A stretch of DNA of 64,000 bases from an uncultured Gemmatimonadaceae bacterium (GTDB lineage Bacteria > Gemmatimonadota > Gemmatimonadetes > Gemmatimonadales > Gemmatimonadaceae): NCBI GenBank assembly GCA_963790305.1, contig CAWBOC010000009.1, positions 864,001 through 928,000 of the forward strand, given 5' to 3'. Numbering within the stretch: position 1 is the stretch's first letter; each line of letters begins with the position of its first letter. The position numbers and the translations under genes are program-made. This document shows, piece after piece, positions 20,584 through 29,214 of this stretch. The notes below the pieces were generated by a model that was given only the letters and a program-made list of their open reading frames with translations, was not told the DNA's origin and did no database searches.

Positions 20584-21327
20584 TCAGGCCGTGGTCATGA
20601 CGACCGGCGCGTGATCGCTCGTGCCCACGTCAGCCTGCACGACGCAGCCCGTCGCCTGCGTCGCCACCGCCGGCGATGCCAGCACGTAATCGAGTCGCCA
20701 TCCAATGTTTCGCGCTCGCATGCTTCGCCACGGGGCCCACCAGGTGAAGAGACCGGGATTATCGGGATCGAACCGGCGGCCGACATCTTCGAGACCTGCG
20801 CTGAGCATGCTCTCGAACAACGCTCGCTCCTCCGGTCGCTGACCCACGATGCCAGGCTTCCGCTCCTTGGGATGCACGTCCATCTCGGTGCGCGCAATGT
20901 TGATGTCCCCGCACAGGACCAGCGATCGCCCCTCGGAGTGCAGCCGCCGCACCCAGTCGATCATCAGCGTCATGAAGTTCAACTTGGCCGGGTAGTCTTT
21001 GCCGCCGTTCGGCACGTACACCGATGCGATGACCAGATCGTCACGCTCCACCTGCACGATGCGCGACTCATAGTCGAACGCAGGATGGCTGTACACCGGT
21101 TCCGCACCGAAGCGATCCTTGCGGAGCATGAGCGAAACGCCGGAGTACGCCTTGAGGCAATGCCAGTACGCATGGTAGTCGGCCGACTTGCACTGCTCCG
21201 GAATCTGGCTCTCCTCGGCCTTGAGCTCCTGCAAGCACACCACATCCGGTCGCTCGCGCTCCAGCCATTCCTGAATCTGCGTAGCGCGCGCGCGAATGCC
21301 GTTGACGTTCCAGGTCGCGACTTTCAT
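20584..21327 (-). CDS. xth: Exodeoxyribonuclease III
   Basis: ATWNVNG, LQELK, YVPNG, GDINIA, GWRLDY, SDHAP. Confidence 0.95.
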   Translation of the reverse strand: MKVATWNVNGIRARATQIQEWLERERPDVVCLQELKAEESQIPEQCKSADYHAYWHCLKAYSGVSLMLRKDRFGAEPVYSHPAFDYESRIVQVERDDLVIASVYVPNGGKDYPAKLNFMTLMIDWVRRLHSEGRSLVLCGDINIARTEMDVHPKERKPGIVGQRPEERALFESMLSAGLEDVGRRFDPDNPGLFTWWAPWRSMRARNIGWRLDYVLASPAVATQATGCVVQADVGTSDHAPVVMTTA

Positions 21328-21493
21328 ACGGATGCCGGCCGCTTTCCTCTGTAGACGTCGGTGCTCAAATACTTCTTGAGACTACGGTGGGATTCTCCCA
21401 CTCCAGCTTCACGAAGATGCGAGCGCACTCGGCTGGTACAACCCTGCGGAGCCGTACGATTGAAGTGCTTCCAATAGCGCGAAGAACGTTCAT
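21324..21493 (-). pseudogene. Internally deleted cysteine synthase (CysK/CysM family) relic
   Basis: MNVLRAIGSTSIVRLRRVVPAECARIFVKLEWENPT, then out of frame SLK-KYLSTDVYR...*; the N- and C-termini of a cysteine synthase are fused. Confidence 0.75.
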
Positions 21494-21518
21494 GCCGTTG
21501 CCGAGATTCTGGGAGGCC

Positions 21519-21629
21519 TTTTAACGCAGAGGACGCGGAGGGCGCGGAGGAACTTCAACTGTAAGAGCTTCTTTCAAAGGCCTTCATAGTCGAGGTTCCT
21601 CCGCGTCTTCTGCGCCCTCTGCGTTGAAA
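21519..21629. repeat. Palindromic element family A, copy 2
   Basis: AACGCAGAGGACGCGGAGGGCGCGGAGG...CCTCCGCGTCTTCTGCGCCCTCTGCGTT. Confidence 0.9.
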
Positions 21630-21679
21630 AAACGTCCGGGCTCGTTGCACGCATCCGCGGACCCGAAAGGCCCGCTCGC

Positions 21680-21710
21680 AAAAGAGGCGGACCCGAGAGT
21701 CCGCCTCTTC
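21680..21710 (-). terminator. Intrinsic terminator downstream of the SRPBCC gene
   Basis: AAGAGGCGGAC-CCGAGA-GTCCGCCTCTT with a U-tract on the minus strand. Confidence 0.75.
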
Positions 21711-21740
21711 AAATCTATCGCCGCCGGCAACGGCCTTGCG

Positions 21741-22229
21741 TTAGTCGATAGTCGCGAGCAGCCTGTCGAGCGCCTCGTAGCTCTGGTTGAGCCCCTCCTC
21801 CATCCCCGACTCCAGCATCCCGTCGCGCTCGTCGGTCGTGTGGAACAGCGAGAGGGTCACGACCTTCGTCCGGCCGTCCCCGAGGTCGCTGAGCTCCAGC
21901 GTTTCGATGATCACGTAGGCCGGCATGCCATCCCACTCGAAGGTCTGGACGATGCGGTCCTGCGGCGTTACCTCGCGGAACCGTCCCTCGAAGCCGTGCT
22001 TGCCCTCGGGACCGTGCTCGACGAAGCGCCAGTGTCCGCCCCGTTCCAGCTCGAACTTCTCGATGACGAGCTTGTTCCCGCGGCCCCACCACTGCGCGAG
22101 GAGCTTCGGATCGGTGAAGGCGCGCCACACGCGGTCGCGTGGTGCATCGAAGGTGCGCTCGATGCGGATCTCGCGCTCGCTGGGCTTGGAGACGGTCGCC
22201 TTGTTTGCGGATTTCGTTGCTGTGGTCAT
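21741..22229 (-). CDS. SRPBCC/AHSA1 domain protein
   Basis: EIRIERTFDAPRDRVWRAFTDP...GMEEG. Confidence 0.9.
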   Translation of the reverse strand: MTTATKSANKATVSKPSEREIRIERTFDAPRDRVWRAFTDPKLLAQWWGRGNKLVIEKFELERGGHWRFVEHGPEGKHGFEGRFREVTPQDRIVQTFEWDGMPAYVIIETLELSDLGDGRTKVVTLSLFHTTDERDGMLESGMEEGLNQSYEALDRLLATID

Positions 22230-22564
22230 GATGCTCCTCCTTTGGTGCGCTCGAGAAATCTCCCGAGACGGTCGAGACGGGCGTCTACCATCTCCTGGTA
22301 CATCCGCATCCAGGCCGCTTCGGCGTCGAGCCGTTGCGGACCCAGGCGGCACGTGCGAACCCGGCCGACCTTTTCCGTGGCCACCAGCCCCGCCTCCTCG
22401 AGCACGGCGATGTGCTTCTTCAGGCCCGTGAGGGTCATGTCGAACTGCGCCGCGAGATCGCTGATCGACGCGTCGCCGCGCCCGAGTCGGTGGAGGATGC
22501 CACGGCGGGTCGGATCCGAGATCGCCGCGAACGCCCTGTCCATGTGGGGTGAATACTGAACCAT
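22226..22564 (-). CDS. ArsR family transcriptional regulator
   Basis: FAAISDPTRRGIL...KHIAVLEEAGLV...GRVR; ATGA-coupled to the SRPBCC gene. Confidence 0.9.
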   Translation of the reverse strand: MVQYSPHMDRAFAAISDPTRRGILHRLGRGDASISDLAAQFDMTLTGLKKHIAVLEEAGLVATEKVGRVRTCRLGPQRLDAEAAWMRMYQEMVDARLDRLGRFLERTKGGAS

Positions 22565-22600
22565 ATGGTTCAGTATAGCACGCCCGTCCACGGCGCGCAA
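22553..22600 (-). promoter_or_regulatory. Leaderless promoter with a perfect 24-bp operator over the ArsR start
   Basis: ATACTGAACCATATGGTTCAGTAT (22553-22576); TTGCGC-N17-TATACT, 7 nt before the ATG. Confidence 0.75.
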
Positions 22601-22610
22601 GCCCCGGACC

Positions 22611-22681
22611 CAGGTCGTCGAGGATGTCGAGGTGAACCGGGTGAGTCGCCTCGCCCACCTCGACATCCTGGGCGACCTCGA
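22611..22681. repeat. Palindromic element family B (GAGGTCGTC/GAGGATGTC nonamers), copy 1
   Basis: AGGTCGTCGAGGATGTCGAGGTG...CACCTCGACATCCTGGGCGACCT. Confidence 0.8.
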
Positions 22682-22694
22682 CTACCTCTGCACG

Positions 22695-23618
22695 ATGGTC
22701 CTCATCGCGCGAGTGATCGGTCTCACGATCCTCCTCTTCATCTGCTTCGCGGTGGCGGGAACACTCGTGAGGCTTCCCGAGGCCTCACCGCCCAGTGAGA
22801 CGGCAGGCTCGCCAGTCATCACGCTGCTCGCCGTTTGTTTTCTGAATGCCGCGGTCCTCACCCACATCATCCTTCGCTCCCGGTGGGCAGGCTGGCGGCT
22901 CGCCGCCACCGTCTTCCTCGTGTTCTATGGCGTGACGACGTTCATGGGTCAAATCGAGTCGGCAATATTCATCACGCGACTCCCGCCCGGGGCGTTGCCC
23001 AGGCTGTTTCTGATGGGCGCCCTCGTCGCCGCACCGTTCTCGGCGCTGGCGGTTCTCATTCTCGGCAAGCGAAAACCGTCGACGTCGGACGTTGGGCCCA
23101 ACACACGTCTCCAGATGCCGGCGAGCGAATGGGCGTGGAAGCTCGGCGTCATCGCGGTCCTCTACGTCATTCTCTACTTCACCTTCGGCTATTTCGTGGC
23201 CTGGCGACATCCGGAAGTGCGCGCGTACTACGAAGGCGTCGACACCGGCAGCTTCGCCGCGCACATGGCGATGGTCATCCGAGACACGCCATTGCTCATC
23301 CCTATTCAGATCGTGCGAGCGTTGCTGTGGACTGCGCTCGCGCTGCCCGTCATTCGGATGATGAAAGGGAAGAGGCTCGAAACGGCACTGGCGATTGGGT
23401 TGCTCTTCTCCGTCGTCATGAACGCGCAGCTATTGCTCCCCAACCCCTACATGCCGGAAGCCGTGCGCATGGCGCACCTGGCTGAAACGGCGTCATCCAA
23501 CTTCCTGTTCGGGGCCTTCATCGGTTGGCTGCTGAGCAAGCGACACACTGCTGACGGAGGCGCTCTGCGACCTCAGCCGGTCCATCGCCGCGACATAGAT
23601 CGCGCCGCCGTACAGTGA
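22695..23618 (+). CDS. Multi-pass membrane protein of unknown function
   Basis: About 8 hydrophobic segments, two similar halves. Confidence 0.7.
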   Translation: MVLIARVIGLTILLFICFAVAGTLVRLPEASPPSETAGSPVITLLAVCFLNAAVLTHIILRSRWAGWRLAATVFLVFYGVTTFMGQIESAIFITRLPPGALPRLFLMGALVAAPFSALAVLILGKRKPSTSDVGPNTRLQMPASEWAWKLGVIAVLYVILYFTFGYFVAWRHPEVRAYYEGVDTGSFAAHMAMVIRDTPLLIPIQIVRALLWTALALPVIRMMKGKRLETALAIGLLFSVVMNAQLLLPNPYMPEAVRMAHLAETASSNFLFGAFIGWLLSKRHTADGGALRPQPVHRRDIDRAAVQ

Positions 23619-24110
23619 GGGCCGAGTCGCGGTGAACGTCGGAGCGGTCAGCCCGGCGTGTGCGGCAATCTGCGGCAAACGGTCGCTGTCGATTGGATAG
23701 GGCACCCATCGGCTCGCACGTCGGCGATCGTACTCGACGACGACGACGCGACCTCCCGGCCGCACGCGCTCGACGAGTCGAGCCAACACACCGGCGGGAT
23801 GCGAGACGAAGTGAAGCGCGTTCGCCACCACGATCCCCGCGAGGAGTTGCGCGCCGAGCCCAGGCAGGTCGAACGGAACCTTGAAATCGGCGACGACCGG
23901 AATCACGTTCGCCTTCGCGCGTGTCGCCCACTGCCCGAGCCCACGCAGCGCGTGCGCATCGTTGTCGACGGCGTAGACTCGACTGCCGGGCTCGAGCAGC
24001 TGCACGAGCGCTCGCGTGAACGTCCCCTCCCCCGCCCCGATGTCCGCCCAGCTGCCACCGCGATCTTCGACCGCCGAAGCAATCAAAGTCGCCGCCTCAC
24101 GAGTGTTCAC
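23493..24110 (-). CDS. Class I SAM-dependent methyltransferase
   Basis: WADIGAGEGTFT, VYAVD, ANALHF, RPGGRVVVVEY. Confidence 0.85.
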   Translation of the reverse strand: MNTREAATLIASAVEDRGGSWADIGAGEGTFTRALVQLLEPGSRVYAVDNDAHALRGLGQWATRAKANVIPVVADFKVPFDLPGLGAQLLAGIVVANALHFVSHPAGVLARLVERVRPGGRVVVVEYDRRRASRWVPYPIDSDRLPQIAAHAGLTAPTFTATRPSLYGGAIYVAAMDRLRSQSASVSSVSLAQQPTDEGPEQEVG

Positions 24111-25018
24111 TACCCGACCTCGATCCAGCCCTCACTGACGAGAACACTGCCACCGCCAATGTGCGCGGAGACGAGAGCGTCGTCGCGCTTCTCGACTCTC
24201 GCCTCGAGAACGCTCGGGCGCCCGATCTCGACGCCCTGCGAAATGCGATAGCGAAACGTTCCCGCGGGAGTGGGATCGTAGTGCGTCAGCATCGCGGCCA
24301 GCGCGCAGTTGGCGCTGCCGGTCGCGGGATCCTCCGGAATGCCGTCGAGTGGCGCGAACATTCGCACGTGAAGGTCAAAATCGCCGGTGTCCTTGGGCCC
24401 CGTGCGAACATACATGTGGATGTCGGGCATCACGCCCTCGGCAGCAAGCGTATCGAACGCCCCCGTGTTGATGCGCGCACGTTTGAGCGCAGCGCGATCC
24501 CTGAGCTGCACCATGATGAACGGCAACCCGACAGAGGCGACCTGCGGCGGGTGGGTGTCGGTGAGAAAGTCATCCGGGGAGAGCGATACCGCCGCCGCGA
24601 CCGACTGCAACTGCACCCTCTTTCCAATCGACAGCTTTTCCGGTGCGGTCAGCTCGCAGAAATAGCGTTCACCGCGGCGTTCAATCCACATGGGAACGAC
24701 GCCGGCCTTTTCCTCGAACGTGACGGTTATCGAGTCGCGGATGTCGCCAAAGCCACCCGTCGTCGCGAGCGTGAAGGCGGTTCCAACGTTCGGATGGCCA
24801 GCAAAGGGAACCTCATTCGCGGGCGTGAAGATCCGAACGCGTCGGGTGTGGCCCGCTATCGGCGGCAATACGAAGGTGCTCTCCGCGAAGTTGAACTCGC
24901 GCGTGATCTGCTGCATCTGCTCCGTCGTCAGTCCTTCGGCCGACGGAAGCACCGCGAGCTGATTCCCACCGAAGCGCTTATCGGTGAAGACGTCGCAGAT
25001 GTAGTACTGGTAGCGCAT
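24110..25018 (-). CDS. PhzF family isomerase
   Basis: DVFT...GGNQLAV, ESTF, EVPFAGHP, EDPATGSA, QGVEIGRPS. Confidence 0.92.
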   Translation of the reverse strand: MRYQYYICDVFTDKRFGGNQLAVLPSAEGLTTEQMQQITREFNFAESTFVLPPIAGHTRRVRIFTPANEVPFAGHPNVGTAFTLATTGGFGDIRDSITVTFEEKAGVVPMWIERRGERYFCELTAPEKLSIGKRVQLQSVAAAVSLSPDDFLTDTHPPQVASVGLPFIMVQLRDRAALKRARINTGAFDTLAAEGVMPDIHMYVRTGPKDTGDFDLHVRMFAPLDGIPEDPATGSANCALAAMLTHYDPTPAGTFRYRISQGVEIGRPSVLEARVEKRDDALVSAHIGGGSVLVSEGWIEVG

Positions 25019-25027
25019 GGTAGGGAT

Positions 25028-25117
25028 GAGGTAACCGAGGTCGTCCAGGTCGTCCAGGTGATCCAGGAAACGTCGTTGCCCTCGATCACCTCGACATCTT
25101 CGACGACATCGATCACC
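25028..25117. repeat. Palindromic element family B, copy 2
   Basis: GAGGTCGTCCAGGTCGTCCAGGTGATC...GATCACCTCGACATCTTCGACGACATCGATCACCT. Confidence 0.8.
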
Positions 25118-25605
25118 TATGGGGTTCGTGCCGGCCGCTCGCTGAGCGAGCTTGGCGCCTCGGCATTCGCACCCGAGTCCACGCCGATGCCCAGTCGCGT
25201 CACGAGCTCGCCCCCGAGCCACCCCGTGACCGCTCCGATCGCGACGCCGACCGCCGAGAGCAGAAGTGCGAAGCCGTCGGGGGCCGCCGTGTTGTCCTTG
25301 CGAAGCATCAGGCTCGCCGCGAACAGCAGGATGACGATGACGTTCCCGACGCCGTGCAGGAGGCCGATCCGCTTGGCGCGGGTACCGTTGGGAATTCCGA
25401 TCCAGTCCCAGATGCCGAATGGCGCCGCGGCCAAGCCGCCAGCCACGCCAGCGACGATCATCCAGAACGCCACGACGGCCCAGAGTGAATTGTCCGTGAC
25501 GAGATAGATCACGTCGAACACGACCGACGTGATCAGCAGACCGAGCGGGAACACGATCAGCTGTTGATGGATCGGGTGGCCGAACAGCTTGGCGCGGCTT
25601 TCCAC
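25117..25605 (-). CDS. DUF2231 membrane protein
   Basis: GHPIHQQLIVFPLG, HGVGN, GWLGGELV; GAGGAGG RBS. Confidence 0.85.
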   Translation of the reverse strand: MESRAKLFGHPIHQQLIVFPLGLLITSVVFDVIYLVTDNSLWAVVAFWMIVAGVAGGLAAAPFGIWDWIGIPNGTRAKRIGLLHGVGNVIVILLFAASLMLRKDNTAAPDGFALLLSAVGVAIGAVTGWLGGELVTRLGIGVDSGANAEAPSSLSERPARTP

Positions 25606-25637
25606 AGGTCCCTCCTCGCGTGGGTAATCCAGAAGTC

Positions 25638-26612
25638 CTAACGTGCTGGTGCCGGCGTGAGCAGCACCTTTCCGCTCGTCTGCCGGCTCTCGAGCGCGCG
25701 ATGTGCCTCGGCCGCCTTGGCAAGCGGAATCGTTCGATCGATGCGAACGTTGATCGTTCCTTGCTCGACCCACCGAAAGAGCTGCTCACTGCGCTCCAAC
25801 AGCTCATCTCGCGTCGGCACGTAGTGCGCCAGCGTCGGCCGAGTGAGGTAGAGTGAGCCCTTCCTGCTGAGGACCAGGGGGTCGATGGGGCCAACCGCCC
25901 CGCTCGATTGGCCAAAGGAGACGAGCATCCCCCGCGGCGCCAGTGCGTCGAGACTGTCGTTGAACGTCGCTTTTCCGACAGAGTCGTAGACCACCGGCAC
26001 ACCGCGACCGGCCGTCCGCTCCTTCACCTCGGCGACGAAATCCGCGTACGAGACGACACGCTCCGCCCCCGCCGCACGCGCGCGCGCCTGTTTCTCGCTG
26101 CTCGATGCCGTGCCGATCACGTGCGCGCCTCGCTTCGCGCCCAACTGGCACAGCAAGAGCCCGACGCCGCCGGCAGCGGCATGCACGACACACCACTCGC
26201 CCGCCTTCAGCGCGTAGGTGGATGTCGTCAGATATTGAGCCGTTAGGCCCTGCAGCATTGCCGCCGCGGCAACCTCGGTCGACACCCCCGCCGGGATGCG
26301 CACCAGACGCTCGACCGGGGCAATGGCGAGCTCGGCGTACGTCCCGCGAAAGCTTTCGGAGACGACGCGATCGCCGATCGCGACCTCGCTCACGCCCTCG
26401 GCCACGGCGATCACCTCGCCAGCCGCTTCTGACCCCGGTGTAAAGGGAAGCGGTCGCGCGTACAATCCGGTACGCTGGTAGACCTCGATGAAGTTGACGC
26501 CCGCCGCGTCGACGCGAACCAGCGCCTCACCCGGACCAGGCGTTGGCGCGGCCACCTCCTCGAGCTTGAGGACGCTCGCGTCACCGGTTTGCCGAACGAC
26601 AATCGCTTTCAT
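25638..26612 (-). CDS. qor: NADPH:quinone oxidoreductase (zeta-crystallin family)
   Basis: AGVNFIE, PGSEAAG, HAAAGGVG, YDSVG, FGQSSG, SLYLTRP, TSGKVLL. Confidence 0.9.
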   Translation of the reverse strand: MKAIVVRQTGDASVLKLEEVAAPTPGPGEALVRVDAAGVNFIEVYQRTGLYARPLPFTPGSEAAGEVIAVAEGVSEVAIGDRVVSESFRGTYAELAIAPVERLVRIPAGVSTEVAAAAMLQGLTAQYLTTSTYALKAGEWCVVHAAAGGVGLLLCQLGAKRGAHVIGTASSSEKQARARAAGAERVVSYADFVAEVKERTAGRGVPVVYDSVGKATFNDSLDALAPRGMLVSFGQSSGAVGPIDPLVLSRKGSLYLTRPTLAHYVPTRDELLERSEQLFRWVEQGTINVRIDRTIPLAKAAEAHRALESRQTSGKVLLTPAPAR

Positions 26613-26654
26613 CGCTTGGTTCGCGGGGTTAAGGAACCGCAGATGGCCGCGTTC

Positions 26655-26790
26655 ACTGCAACTGCATTTTGAACGCAGAGGACGCAGAGGGGCGCAGAGG
26701 ACCACAATGGCAGGAGCTTTTCAAATGCGTTCACCGTGCAATCCTCCGCGCCCTCTGCGTCCTCTGCGTTCAAAGAAATGCAGTTGCAGT
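26655..26790. repeat. Palindromic element family A, copy 3 (with extra outer arms)
   Basis: ACTGCAACTGCATTT-TGAACGCAGAGGACGCAGAGG...CCTCTGCGTCCTCTGCGTTCA...AAATGCAGTTGCAGT. Confidence 0.9.
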
Positions 26791-26890
26791 TCGCTGCTGC
26801 CATTCGGCCAGTTTGGCGAAGCGTGAGCGGAAGAGGTTGCGCAACGATCCGCCCCACCACAACCTAGCTCCGCCAACAATCGGAGAGCCA

Positions 26891-27310
26891 ATGGGCCGCG
26901 CCATCGGTGGCATCCTGGTCGGAGTCGTGATCGCCGTCGCACTCGTGTTCGCGATCGAATCGGTCATCGGGCTCATCGTACCGGCACCCGCCGACTTCAA
27001 CATGCGCGATCCCGAGCAGGTTCGCGCACGCGTTGCGAGTATGCCCATGTGGGCGATCCTGCTCGTGCTGGTGGGATGGGTCGTGGGCACCGGACTCGGC
27101 TCCTTCGCCGCCGTGCGAATCGCGCGGACGACCAGACTATGGCCGGGCCTGGTCGTAGGCGCGATCGTCTTTCTCTCCACGCTCTACAACATCATGACCA
27201 TCCCGCATCCCATCTGGTTCGTCGGGATCTCGCTCATTGCCATCCCGGTCGCCAGCTGGCTGGGAGCGAAACGCGGGCGCACGGACGCAGCAGTGGCCGT
27301 TGCTGGATAA
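26891..27310 (+). CDS. Small four-TM membrane protein
   Basis: MGRAIGGILVGVVIA...PHPIWF; GGAG RBS. Confidence 0.75.
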   Translation: MGRAIGGILVGVVIAVALVFAIESVIGLIVPAPADFNMRDPEQVRARVASMPMWAILLVLVGWVVGTGLGSFAAVRIARTTRLWPGLVVGAIVFLSTLYNIMTIPHPIWFVGISLIAIPVASWLGAKRGRTDAAVAVAG

Positions 27311-27486
27311 ACGTTAGGCGGCCCAACCGGTCAGGGTGCGCTCGCCGCGGCGCACTCCTCGTGCGGAACCTCCGCCACGGGGGGTTCTGCCACCTTCTTC
27401 CGCCTCTGACGCAACCCTTGCACTCCACCCCCTGCGCGGGGGTGGGACGCACGACATTGTCTCCCAACTGCTCTCGCGAGTCACGG

Positions 27487-29203
27487 ATGTCCGCTTCGAA
27501 GCTCCTGTGCGTCCTCGCCGTGCCAGCGATCGTCGAGGCCGCCGTCGCGCAGAACGCGCCATTCCTCAACATCAACCCATCGTGGTCGCCCGACGGCCGC
27601 TGGCTCGTCTTCGAGAGCCGACGACATGGCGACGCCGACCTCTACGTCATCGCGTCCGACGGAACGGGCGAACGGCGCCTCACGTGGAGCGATGGCGAGG
27701 ATACGCATCCCTCCTGGTCACCGGACGGGCAGACGATCCTGTTCGACTCGAGCCGCGACGGGACGTGGAACCTGTACGTCATTCGGCCGGACGGGACGGG
27801 CGAGCGTCGACTCACGCACCGGGGCGCGAGCAGCGCCGCGACGTTCGCGCGCCATCCCTCCTGGTCGCCGGACGGGCGACGCATCGCGTTCGATTCCGAT
27901 CGCGATGGAGATGAAGAAGTCTACGTCATGGACGCCGATGGCAGCCGCGTCGAGCGCGTGACGACGAGTCCAGGCCGTGATGGGCACGCGGCATGGTCTC
28001 GCGACGGACTGTCCCTGCTCTTCACCTCCGTTCGGAGCGGCAACCAGGACATTCTGGCTGCAGGATCTCATGACGCGTCGTGCGCGACCGGTGATGCCGA
28101 ACGCCGCCGCCGAGGGTGGTGCGCGCTTCTCGCCGGACGGGAGGCGCATCGCGTTCTACTCCGAGCGCGACGGCAACGGCGAGATCTACGTGATGAACGT
28201 CGACGGGACCGGCGTGCGGAATCTCACCGGACATCCCGACACGGTGTACGAGCTCGACTGGTCACCAGACGGCCGGCAGATCGCGTTCTACTCCGATCGA
28301 ACGGGTCGCTTCGAGCTGTATGTGCTCGCGGTCGACGGCGGGGCTCCTCGGCAGCTCACGAGCTCGACGTACAGCAATGCCTGGCCAAGCTGGTCGCCCG
28401 ACGGGCAACGCATTGTGTTCAGCTCGACGCGTGACGGTGACTGGGAGGTGTACGCCATGGACGCGGACGGCGCGAATCCGCAGCGCCTGACGAGCAGCCC
28501 GGGCCGCGATGCGCATCCAGCGTTCATGCCCGATGGCAAGCGCATCGTCTTCCAATCCCCGCGCGACTACGCCAGCCCGTCGGAGGTGGATCTGTACGTG
28601 ATGCACGTCGACGGTGGCAGGGAGCGACGGCTCGTTGCCGGACCTGGCTTCGATGGCGTCCCGGTCCCCTCGCCCGACGGCCGGTGGATCGCGTTCCAGC
28701 GCAGCCCCCTCCCGGCGGATGGCAAGTATCACTGGGACCTCTACCTCGTCGACAGCACCGGCGCATCCGAGCGTCGCTTGACCAGTGAGCGATGGAGTAG
28801 CCAGGTACCGAGCTGGACGCGGGATGGCAGGCAACTGGTCTTCTTCGCCGATCGCACCGGGCGCGAACAGCTGTACTTCATGAACGTGATGACGGGCGAC
28901 GTGACACCACTCCCCGCGAGCGCGGGCGACAGTCATTCACCCTCGGTGTCACCGGATGGCCGGCAGATCGCCTTCACCTCGACGCGTGATGGTCCGCTCG
29001 ACCTGTACGTGATGGACGTGAACGGCGCGAACGCGCGGCGCTTGACGACCAGCCTGCACGTGCAGGCGCAACCGAGCTGGTCGCCCGATGGCCGTCGCCT
29101 GCTGTTCTCCGCCGCCCTCAACGATGTCGCCGATGTCTACGTCGTGAACATCGACGGTACGGGACTCACGCGCCTGACGCGGGGGAGCGAGGGAATTCGT
29201 TGA
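27487..29203 (+). CDS. Exported TolB-like PD40 beta-propeller protein; +1 frameshift near 28052
   Basis: About 12 (P)SWSPDG repeats over two frames; joins as GNQDIWLQD; signal peptide. Confidence 0.85.
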
Positions 29204-29214
29204 GGGGGCTCCCG

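Noticed and set aside
25019..26002. N-terminal extension of the 630-aa PhzF ORF
   Set aside because: It overlaps the DUF2231 and qor genes in another frame and reads through a repeat. PhzF starts at 25018.
27313..27319. GTTAGGC/GCCTAAC integron attC-like cores (also near 5346, 43876, 59252)
   Set aside because: No paired inverse core with attC structure, no cassette array and no integrase.
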